From the IMG/VR virus record IMGVR_UViG_3300014656_000046, positions 1 to 42,385 of that record: a DNA stretch of 42,385 nucleotides; one strand, given 5' to 3'. Positions within the stretch are counted from its first letter, which is position 1; each line of letters starts with the position of its first letter. This stretch comes from a virus (taxonomy: Duplodnaviria > Caudoviricetes). Below the pieces are notes generated by a model. The model did not search any database. It saw only the letters and a list, made by a program, of their open reading frames with translations, and had not been told where the DNA came from. Position numbers and translations under genes: made by a program. Shown here piece by piece: positions 29,498-36,218 of the stretch.

Positions 29498-29652
29498 CTA
29501 CGTCCCCGCTTTCTTCGCTTACGCTGTGTACTGGGCTTCCAACCAGTTTTCCTCATGGTTCCATAGATGAAGGCCCGGGACCTCTTGCTGGTCGTACTCC
29601 CAAACTTCTTACGAGCCCGCTTCTTCAACTCCCGCTCAAGCGCCGCCGGCAT
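29494..29652 (-). CDS. 52-aa highly basic protein (not in ORF track)
   Basis: MPAALERELKKRARKKFGSTTSKRSRAFIYGTMRKTGWKPSTQRKRRKRGRR; ATGA overlap with the next gene. Confidence 0.6.
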   Translation of the reverse strand: MPAALERELKKRARKKFGSTTSKRSRAFIYGTMRKTGWKPSTQRKRRKRGRR

Positions 29653-29798
29653 ACCCTAAACCCCAAAACCCAATAATATCAACCCCATAAGCAACGTGCG
29701 TGTGTGGATGCGTGTGGGGATGTTAGACATTTTACGCAACCCAGGACAAATCGCCGATCCGCTCCCCCCCACCCCTGAACGAACATTCATTCGCCCAT

Positions 29799-29826
29799 AC
29801 GTCCGATAATTGTTATTATGTAAACT
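29799..29826 (+). other. dif-like XerC/XerD site 1
   Basis: ACGTCCGATAA-TTGTTA-TTATGTAAACT: 11-6-11 layout with a XerD arm close to E. coli TTATGTTAAAT. Confidence 0.7.
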
Positions 29827-29853
29827 AGGAATTAGGTTAAGCATATCAATGGT

Positions 29854-30411
29854 TTAGGCATCACCATTTGGGGTTATATCCGGCTCCTCAGGGCCAAGGG
29901 TGACGACTTGAGCACTATCATTGACGACTTGAACGCTGGGCGAACAAGCGTTCGCCGCATCCGTGCGAGAGTCGATGGAATGTACATCTATTGCTTGGTC
30001 TGCCGGGTCTGGCAGCCTATGGCCTGACACTTGGGACAGTATGTCTGCCATGATGGGGGCCACTAATTGCCTGTTATCTTGGTTGATTATTTGTTGGATG
30101 AGGATGGACGGGGATGATCCGCCGAGGATACCGGCGCTATCCAGGACACGCTCTGAGGCTTTATATTTGAGGTATTTGTCTTGACGGTCTTCCGGGCTGC
30201 TATGGATCCAGGCTTTAAAGTTTAGAGCTGCACGTTCGAGATTATCATTAAAGAAGCTATTTTGGATGCGGGTTATGAGCTCCTTGTTACGGTCCTGATT
30301 GATGGACTTGACCACAGAGCCGTGACTCCAGCCTGTCTTAGCCTCAATCTGCCTGGTGGTCTCGCCAGCTGCTCGCAAGGTTGCAATCTCTATATGGTCT
30401 TTATCGGTCAT
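29854..30411 (-). CDS. terS: Terminase small subunit (putative)
   Basis: N-terminal HTH (GETTRQIEAKTGWSHGSV), KYKASERVLDSAG helix, disordered tail; first gene of the late operon. Confidence 0.6.
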   Translation of the reverse strand: MTDKDHIEIATLRAAGETTRQIEAKTGWSHGSVVKSINQDRNKELITRIQNSFFNDNLERAALNFKAWIHSSPEDRQDKYLKYKASERVLDSAGILGGSSPSILIQQIINQDNRQLVAPIMADILSQVSGHRLPDPADQAIDVHSIDSRTDAANACSPSVQVVNDSAQVVTLGPEEPDITPNGDA

Positions 30412-30453
30412 TCATCCTATGCTTAGGCTTAAAATTAGTAATGATCTTACTTA

Positions 30454-30485
30454 CTTGATACACCAAAGCTATATATGGTGTCAAG
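30454..30485 (-). promoter_or_regulatory. Putative sigma70 promoter for terS, inside an inverted repeat
   Basis: Minus strand TTGACA-18-TATCAA; CTTGATACACCA...TGGTGTCAAG forms an imperfect inverted repeat. Confidence 0.45.
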
Positions 30486-30641
30486 GATAAAGTGAACCAC
30501 TACATATAGTATAGGGATAAGCTATTAAGATTATTAGGGAATAAATTAATAGGGCAGGGGATAAATAAGCAGAGCTTAATTATAGCCTATGTCATCACAC
30601 GGGGTAGGGGGAGATCGTTGGTCCTAGGATCAGTCAGGGGC

Positions 30642-31001
30642 CTACATCTTATCTTTATCAGGCCAGGGCTGGGGACCGTTGTATGGATGAGCTTTAATCC
30701 ATTCCAGCTCTGCTATGGTAGGGGTATTAAATCGACTACGGTCCTTGCTGTACTGGGGGAATATCCGGCGCCGCTTGCGCTTCATGGCCACATCATTCTT
30801 TATTCTTTCCAATGTTTCCTTTTCTATCTGAACCCCTATTTCCCCAGACTCCATGCATTTAATCACAGAATTTACTATCATAACACTCATGGCATCTGCA
30901 TGGATATATTCTCCCGTCAAGGGAATACGCTTTGGCTTACTCCTTTCAATTAATAATTTAGCCAAAGACTCAGGCACTGTAATACATATTCGCTTATACA
31001 T
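30642..31001 (-). CDS. Ribbon-helix-helix-like regulator
   Basis: MYKRICITVPESLAKLL alternating beta-strand start; GGGAG RBS; has its own promoter. Confidence 0.5.
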   Translation of the reverse strand: MYKRICITVPESLAKLLIERSKPKRIPLTGEYIHADAMSVMIVNSVIKCMESGEIGVQIEKETLERIKNDVAMKRKRRRIFPQYSKDRSRFNTPTIAELEWIKAHPYNGPQPWPDKDKM

Positions 31002-31046
31002 TTTCTTCTCCCTTCATTGTTTTATTCATATCTTACCATTAATTTG

Positions 31047-31075
31047 TATGTATCACATGGCAGGTTAAATGTCAA
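31047..31075 (-). promoter_or_regulatory. Sigma70 promoter, leftward
   Basis: TTGACA-17-TACATA with an extended TG. Confidence 0.55.
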
Positions 31076-31086
31076 GTAAAATAATG

Positions 31087-31306
31087 TATGAACAAACAAA
31101 AAAGTTTGTATGCCGACGAACAAATACGGGGGGTACCCAATATACCCTTACTGCCCCTCTGACCCTTACCCCTTGTATCTATTATTATTTTTTTTTTTTT
31201 TTTTTAAATATAATGGAGTAATATTGAGGGCTATGGGGTGGATAATCTGGATATGTATGGGGGTGGACTTTGTTCGTCTACATACAAACTTTTGTTTGTA
31301 TGCATA
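31087..31306. repeat. Long imperfect inverted repeat around an 18-T tract (origin-like)
   Basis: ACAAACAAAAAAGTTTGTATGCCGACGAACAAA pairs with TTTGTTCGTCTACATACAAACTTTTGTTTGT; T18 at 31188-31205. Confidence 0.65.
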
Positions 31307-31346
31307 AGCTTTTGGGTTATCCAACTATCAACCCTGACACAATTCC

Positions 31347-31368
31347 ACCGAACGAATGTTCGTTCGGT
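31347..31368. promoter_or_regulatory. Perfect 10-bp inverted repeat (operator-like)
   Basis: ACCGAACGAA-TG-TTCGTTCGGT just upstream of the rightward promoter. Confidence 0.5.
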
Positions 31369-31393
31369 CGATTTATTGCCCAAAGTGCAAAGG

Positions 31394-31422
31394 TTGGCAT
31401 AGTTTTCTCACCTATATATAAT
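31394..31422 (+). promoter_or_regulatory. Sigma70 promoter for the early operon
   Basis: TTGGCA-17-TATAAT. Confidence 0.6.
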
Positions 31423-31507
31423 AGAGGGACGCGAAAAATGAGTAGTAAGGTTGAAATGATTATGGTTTCTGATTTTAGTGGTAAAATAAAGAATAGGGAG
31501 GGGAAGA

Positions 31508-31702
31508 ATGAGCATTAAAGAAAGAATACAACACTTAAAAGAACGACATGCTATTGTATGTGGTGTAACTATAGAAAAGTGTATTTGTGGATGGTATCCT
31601 TGTGCCCAGTGCTCAAAATTCCGGGGATGCCTCAAAGATAATGTCTTAGATAAATTACCCAAACCAGGAGAAAACTTTGATTGCTTCAAAGCAAAAGAAT
31701 AA
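31508..31702 (+). CDS. Small Cys-rich protein
   Basis: 64 aa with a strong RBS; CICG, CAQC. Confidence 0.55.
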   Translation: MSIKERIQHLKERHAIVCGVTIEKCICGWYPCAQCSKFRGCLKDNVLDKLPKPGENFDCFKAKE

Positions 31703-31732
31703 TTGGTTAAATAAAGAATAAGGAGGGGGAAA

Positions 31733-31921
31733 ATGAGGGCTATTGTTAGAGTGTCACCACGGGGAGACTTAACCTGTCACCAGGCAGGAAGCAAACCCTT
31801 CCCGGATTGGAAAGAAAAATGGCAAGTCCTAATGACTTGGAATGACGGTAAACGCAATATCCCCATTGAACGGCTAAGGGATTATGCCTATTCCAGGCTC
31901 ATCAAAATGTATGGACTTTAA
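31733..31921 (+). CDS. Hypothetical protein
   Basis: 62 aa with AGGAGG RBS. Confidence 0.55.
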   Translation: MRAIVRVSPRGDLTCHQAGSKPFPDWKEKWQVLMTWNDGKRNIPIERLRDYAYSRLIKMYGL

Positions 31922-31970
31922 CCCTAACCCGCTGACCTATCGGCAGGACAGATAGAAAGGATAGCCGCAA

Positions 31971-32609
31971 ATGAGACAATTAACGGTCAAATGGGCCACA
32001 GAATGCAAGCGATGTGGAGCTCCCCTTGAGATAGGTACCCAGGCCATGTATGAGAAGAGCATGGGCCTGTTCTGTCTCGGCCATGAGCCCCAGGGGGTTG
32101 ATGAAATCCACCAGTATAGATTAATGAAGGCGGAAGGCAGGGCTGCCCGGTATGACGAATGGGCCGAGAAGAGAGAAAAGAAAGCAAAACAGGACCTAAA
32201 CAGTTTCCCCACCATGCGCCATGACTGGGCATTTATCACTCAACCCGGCCATATCCCCGCACGTGCAAGGATGATTGCTGCCGATGACCGGGCCATTGAA
32301 AGCCTGAAGGTTGCGGAAGGAATGAGGCACAAAGCCGAAAGCCTCCGCCACGTCAGGGTAGCCGGGGACGCGGAACGCAAAAGAGAAAAGGTCCGGGCTG
32401 CCCTGGATACAATGATTGGCAAGGGTTCCCAGGTTTATGATGCGGTTTTTGGCCTGGGGACTGTCGTAGGGGTCTACCCTAAGTCATACCGGATTCGGTT
32501 TGACCGCCTAGACCGTGCCATTTCAAGGGACAAAAGCTACGTGCGCCCCATTGCACCATCCGTCGAGAAAAAGGAGGGGGAAGTCAATGATAATCAAAGT
32601 ATGGGATGA
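31971..32609 (+). CDS. DUF3560-like protein with N-terminal Zn ribbon
   Basis: CKRCG, then RAARYDEWAEKREKKA...QPGH...RHKAESL resembling DUF3560; SH3-like tail. Confidence 0.5.
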   Translation: MRQLTVKWATECKRCGAPLEIGTQAMYEKSMGLFCLGHEPQGVDEIHQYRLMKAEGRAARYDEWAEKREKKAKQDLNSFPTMRHDWAFITQPGHIPARARMIAADDRAIESLKVAEGMRHKAESLRHVRVAGDAERKREKVRAALDTMIGKGSQVYDAVFGLGTVVGVYPKSYRIRFDRLDRAISRDKSYVRPIAPSVEKKEGEVNDNQSMG

Positions 32610-32820
32610 AAACTGTCAGCTCAAGTGCAAGCTAAGGCTTGCTCCCCAGGACATCGAAGAGGCTATTGGCCGATGTGGCTGGATGTGCCTAAACGATGCC
32701 GAGGAAGTCACCCCGGAAGATGGGCTGGAGATTAAAAGGATTGAGGCTCAAGGATATGCAGGGATGGTTACTCAAAACTCCCAAGATGCCCTGAAGTGGT
32801 GGAAGGAAAGAAAGGTTTGA
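32587..32820 (+). CDS. Hypothetical protein
   Basis: Start moved to MIIKVWD (32587) after AGGAGG. Confidence 0.5.
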   Translation: MIIKVWDENCQLKCKLRLAPQDIEEAIGRCGWMCLNDAEEVTPEDGLEIKRIEAQGYAGMVTQNSQDALKWWKERKV

Positions 32821-32892
32821 CCTCTGATCATCCTCCCTAGCCCATGCTGGGGGGGAGAATGAGGGGTTAAATCTCAGGGGTGGGGGGTAAAT

Positions 32893-33078
32893 ATGAATGC
32901 GAAACGTTATAAAATGAAATACGAAATCTCATATTATGATAAAAATGCTAAAATGCCAAATAGATCACAATTTACTAACAAAAAAAATGCCGATCATTGG
33001 TACCGGCTGTTAATTATGCAAGGTATCAAAAAAGATGAGGTAAAATATTTTAAAATTATTCCGTTGATTTATACTTAG
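32893..33078 (+). CDS. Hypothetical AT-rich cassette gene
   Basis: 61 aa between two copies of AGGGGTTAAATCTCA. Confidence 0.5.
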   Translation: MNAKRYKMKYEISYYDKNAKMPNRSQFTNKKNADHWYRLLIMQGIKKDEVKYFKIIPLIYT

Positions 33079-33103
33079 GGGTTAAATCTCAAGGAGAAGA
33101 AAA

Positions 33104-33430
33104 ATGTTAAAGGGAAATCTTATTCAAAAATACAAAACCCTACCACAGGCAAAAGCTATCCCTGATATTCTTTGGGACGCCCAGAATATGTTAGATCGGA
33201 TTAAAATTCTACAGGAAGAAATAAAATCAATACGAGAAAAATTCTGCTGGAATATAGAACCAAAGGTTATGGCAATTTTAAGGCAAAATTGGAACGACGA
33301 TGAATTAGATAGGGCCGGTTTTATTGAAAAATATTGTAAGTGCTTTTATACGGGGGCTGCGGTAATTAGTTCCCCCATTGATACAATTGAAACCTGTAGG
33401 ATTTGCGGAAAAATAAGAAAGGATAAATGA
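33104..33430 (+). CDS. Hypothetical AT-rich cassette gene
   Basis: 108 aa with AAGGAG RBS; CKC...CRIC. Confidence 0.55.
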   Translation: MLKGNLIQKYKTLPQAKAIPDILWDAQNMLDRIKILQEEIKSIREKFCWNIEPKVMAILRQNWNDDELDRAGFIEKYCKCFYTGAAVISSPIDTIETCRICGKIRKDK

Positions 33431-33474
33431 TTGTCTTGCCGACTTTTATTTAAATCTCAAGGGGGAGGTGAATC

Positions 33475-33684
33475 ATGGTTTGCTTTATTTGCAGACAGAA
33501 AATTCAAACAAGCCATAGAACTTTTATTGCAAGTAGAAATAAAAAAGAAAAAGATCGTTTCCGGGATCTTTGTGAATCCTGTTATGAAGAAAACATGAAC
33601 TCTAAGGGCTATATTAAAATACGGACAGAAAATAATATTACTCTTTGGCAACATCAGGAGGTGAATCATGCATGGCATGGGTAA
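33475..33684 (+). CDS. Small Zn-finger protein
   Basis: CFIC...LCESC; GGAGGTG RBS. Confidence 0.55.
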   Translation: MVCFICRQKIQTSHRTFIASRNKKEKDRFRDLCESCYEENMNSKGYIKIRTENNITLWQHQEVNHAWHG

Positions 33685-33976
33685 GCATACGCCGGGACCG
33701 TGGCATTATCGACAAATATTCGACCTTAAAAAATCTTGGTATGATTATACCAAAATTACAGCAGAAAATGGGGATACCACCATTGCGGTTATTCCGCCGA
33801 GCTCAATAGAGGAAGATGAAATCATAGCCCGCCTTATCGCCGCTGCGCCGGAGCTGCTGGAGGCTTTAAAAGAAACTTTATCCACAGAAAGATCAGATTG
33901 CAATGATCGAAATTGTGGATTATGCACACGATGTAAGTCAATAATGGCCATTGCCAAGGCTGAAGGGAGGGATTAA
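33668..33976 (+). CDS. Conserved phage hypothetical protein
   Basis: KHTPGPW...ARLIAAAPELLEALK...AIAKAEG, a very common phage family pattern. Confidence 0.7.
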   Translation: MHGMGKHTPGPWHYRQIFDLKKSWYDYTKITAENGDTTIAVIPPSSIEEDEIIARLIAAAPELLEALKETLSTERSDCNDRNCGLCTRCKSIMAIAKAEGRD

Positions 33977-33978
33977 CC

Positions 33979-34152
33979 ATGATCCGAAAGCTTAGAAATA
34001 AACAATACCGGGGAAAACATGGCTTGATAATCTGTGGGGAGGGAATCAAGATATTCTTTGAATTTGAATCCCAGGCCGATGAGTTTATCAAGAGGCACAA
34101 ACAGGGCGAGAACCACGAAAAAGTATTGAAAGAAATATGGGGTATAAAATGA
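33979..34152 (+). CDS. 57-aa hypothetical protein (not in ORF track)
   Basis: MIRKLRNKQYRGKHG...KEIWGIK; GGGAGG RBS. Confidence 0.5.
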   Translation: MIRKLRNKQYRGKHGLIICGEGIKIFFEFESQADEFIKRHKQGENHEKVLKEIWGIK

Positions 34153-34179
34153 CCATTAAAGAATTAAGGGGGAGGAATT

Positions 34180-34389
34180 ATGAATATTGATTGGACAGTA
34201 GATAAATGTATCCAAGGGGCAAGGCTTTACTGTCACCGAATAAAGTGGAATTATCATCCCTCCTTTGATTCTCGCTTTCAATTTTGTAGATGTGAAGGGG
34301 GACATCAACACGTTATGTATCAAGGCATAGAGATTGACTTAGTAGATGCTAGAAAATACGCTAAATTTTACCCAATGACAAGAGGTTAA
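34180..34389 (+). CDS. Hypothetical cassette gene
   Basis: 69 aa with GGAGG RBS, bracketed by a 21-bp direct repeat. Confidence 0.5.
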   Translation: MNIDWTVDKCIQGARLYCHRIKWNYHPSFDSRFQFCRCEGGHQHVMYQGIEIDLVDARKYAKFYPMTRG

Positions 34390-34392
34390 ACC

Positions 34393-34590
34393 ATGACCAT
34401 TAAAGAATTAAGGATAAGGTTGGGGCTGACACAGGAGGCCATGGCCAGGGAGCTGGGGGTGAGCCTTACAACCCTGAGGAATTGGGAATATGGGCTCCAC
34501 GGACCTAGTCCCATGGCGCAGGAGAAAATCGAGAGGCTTATGGCCGGGGCTGGCATGGAGATTGCATCAAGCCCAAATGAGAAAATGTGA
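34393..34590 (+). CDS. XRE-family HTH regulator
   Basis: IKELRIRLGLTQEAMARELGVSLTTLRNWEYG. Confidence 0.9.
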   Translation: MTIKELRIRLGLTQEAMARELGVSLTTLRNWEYGLHGPSPMAQEKIERLMAGAGMEIASSPNEKM

Positions 34591-34609
34591 TAGGACTGTG
34601 ATTATTTAC

Positions 34610-34639
34610 TTGACAGGTTCGCAATCGTTGTGATATACA
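34610..34639 (+). promoter_or_regulatory. Sigma70 promoter
   Basis: TTGACA-18-TATACA with an extended TG. Confidence 0.55.
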
Positions 34640-34645
34640 GGAATT

Positions 34646-34783
34646 ATGAAAAGAGATAAACCCTTTTTGGTGAGGCTGACAAGCAAGGAAATGGCATGGA
34701 TCAAGAAGAAAGCCGGGCAGATGGGGATACCCATTGCAGCATATATCCGGTATTGTGTCCATCAAGAAAAGGTCAGGGGATAA
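34646..34783 (+). CDS. 45-aa ribbon-helix-helix protein (not in ORF track)
   Basis: MKRDKPFLVRLTSKEMAWIKKKAGQMGIPIAAYIRYCVHQEKVRG fits the CopG/MobC-type RHH pattern. Confidence 0.7.
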   Translation: MKRDKPFLVRLTSKEMAWIKKKAGQMGIPIAAYIRYCVHQEKVRG

Positions 34784-34805
34784 ATAAATAGATAGGAGGT
34801 GGCGT

Positions 34806-35036
34806 ATGGGTCGGGGGAAACTTACGCCGGAACAAGTTAAAACGATAAGGGAACGGTTAGGAATGACGCAGCAGGAGCTAGCTACAGCTTGCGACATGAC
34901 GCTGAGCAGCGTGAGCAGATGGGAACGGGGAATTGGGGTGCCAAGCCGGGTGGCCACCAGGACGATCAAGGAAGTGTTGCGGAGGCATTATCTCGACTTC
35001 GATAAGCTGTGGGATGATGAAAAAAATGAGGGGTAA
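34806..35036 (+). CDS. XRE-family HTH regulator
   Basis: LTPEQVKTIRERLGMTQQELATACDMTLSSVSRWERG. Confidence 0.9.
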   Translation: MGRGKLTPEQVKTIRERLGMTQQELATACDMTLSSVSRWERGIGVPSRVATRTIKEVLRRHYLDFDKLWDDEKNEG

Positions 35037-35039
35037 GCC

Positions 35040-35261
35040 ATGGTACAGGACCGGATCAAAGAGATCAGGAAGCGCATGGGACTTACTCAGGAAGAGTTCG
35101 CCCAAACCCTAGGGATGACAATATCATCGGTGGCCAGGTGGGAAAACGGGGGTCATAAGCCTAGTAAGGTTGCAAGGATGTTGATTCGCAGGGTATTCGA
35201 GGAATACTGCGAGAAACACAGAGAGATTGAAAAGAAATATGACCCCCTGGACTGCCAGTAA
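35040..35261 (+). CDS. XRE-family HTH regulator
   Basis: IKEIRKRMGLTQEEFAQTLGMTISSVARWENG. Confidence 0.9.
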   Translation: MVQDRIKEIRKRMGLTQEEFAQTLGMTISSVARWENGGHKPSKVARMLIRRVFEEYCEKHREIEKKYDPLDCQ

Positions 35262-35464
35262 TGACTGAATCCTGGAGAAAATTCCCGAATCGGAGCCCCA
35301 AGGTTGACTCGTCAGATGAGTTGGCAGATGTATATGCTAAGGCGTACCGGGACTGGTTGATGGGAAGAAAAGAACAAAAAGAAAGACCGGAAATACCTGA
35401 AGGATTAGGAAGACTTAAAGCACAAATGATAAGGTATAGGATAAGGGATCAAATTTCTAGTTAA
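35261..35464 (+). CDS. Hypothetical protein
   Basis: 67 aa coupled to the HTH gene; its stop lies inside dif-like site 2. Confidence 0.5.
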   Translation: MTESWRKFPNRSPKVDSSDELADVYAKAYRDWLMGRKEQKERPEIPEGLGRLKAQMIRYRIRDQISS

Positions 35465-35486
35465 CATAATATATATTAACCGACTG
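35459..35486 (-). other. dif-like XerC/XerD site 2
   Basis: Minus strand CAGTCGGTTAA-TATATA-TTATGTTAACT. Confidence 0.7.
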
Positions 35487-35604
35487 AAATCATTCAGGAA
35501 ACACGCGAAGGTGATTAGATGTTTACTGAGCGAATCATGAGGCAAGTGGAGCCGGGGTTGATGGGAAACCATATTTTTTTGCCCACGCTATGGGAGGTTT
35601 GCTA

Positions 35605-35880
35605 ATGAACTTGCTAATGAGAACGCTAATGCAGAAGAATAGGGAAATCATGGATGACCTGAATAACGAGCCGGACCTTGACCTTGAAACGTATGCCATG
35701 GTCCTGGCCGGTATTTGGGCGACGGCTATCTTCTTCCATGAAATGGAGCGTGGTGGGGACGTCTTGGAGCTAAAACGAAATATCTGGCTTACGGCTGAAG
35801 AATTGGCCAAGGACATGGGAATGCTCATGTGTACGTGGAATAAGAATATTGAAGCCGTGCAGAACGCGACAACCAATTAG
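35605..35880 (+). CDS. Hypothetical protein
   Basis: Start MNLLMR after GGAGG. Confidence 0.5.
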   Translation: MNLLMRTLMQKNREIMDDLNNEPDLDLETYAMVLAGIWATAIFFHEMERGGDVLELKRNIWLTAEELAKDMGMLMCTWNKNIEAVQNATTN

Positions 35881-35890
35881 GGGGTGAACC

Positions 35891-35992
35891 ATGGACCGTC
35901 TGAGTGCCGCCAGGGGGATATTGATAGGGTTAGGGTTTGCCATTCCATTCTGGGTCGGGGTCTTCTTTCTGGCCAAGCTAATTTACGGGTAA
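35891..35992 (+). CDS. 33-aa single-pass membrane peptide (not in ORF track)
   Basis: MDRLSAARGILIGLGFAIPFWVGVFFLAKLIYG with GGGGTG RBS. Confidence 0.5.
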   Translation: MDRLSAARGILIGLGFAIPFWVGVFFLAKLIYG

Positions 35993-36003
35993 GGGGGGGA
36001 ACC

Positions 36004-36216
36004 ATGAAAATCTGCAAAACGTGTGCATTGTGGCCTATGTGCAGGAAAAGTGCGGGAGAGGATGATTTCTGTATCGGATGGATTGATCCTCATCGGCCGA
36101 ATGCCGAGGATGTACGGGCCATGATGGCCGATGTACCGGCACTGTGGGAGGCCATGGCTCAGAGGAACCTGGGGGCTCTGGTTGCCCTGCTTAATGACCG
36201 ATTCCCGATGAGGTAG
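36004..36216 (+). CDS. Small Cys-cluster protein
   Basis: Start MKICKTCALWPMC (36004). Confidence 0.5.
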   Translation: MKICKTCALWPMCRKSAGEDDFCIGWIDPHRPNAEDVRAMMADVPALWEAMAQRNLGALVALLNDRFPMR

Positions 36217-36218
36217 GT

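Noticed and set aside
29656-29844. 62-aa ORF downstream of terS
   Set aside because: No clear RBS or motif, and it overlaps the dif-like site and a G-run region that looks non-coding.
405-30953. Plus-strand ORFs in the track opposite the late operon
   Set aside because: They are antisense shadows of well-supported, tightly packed minus-strand genes and show no recognisable motifs.
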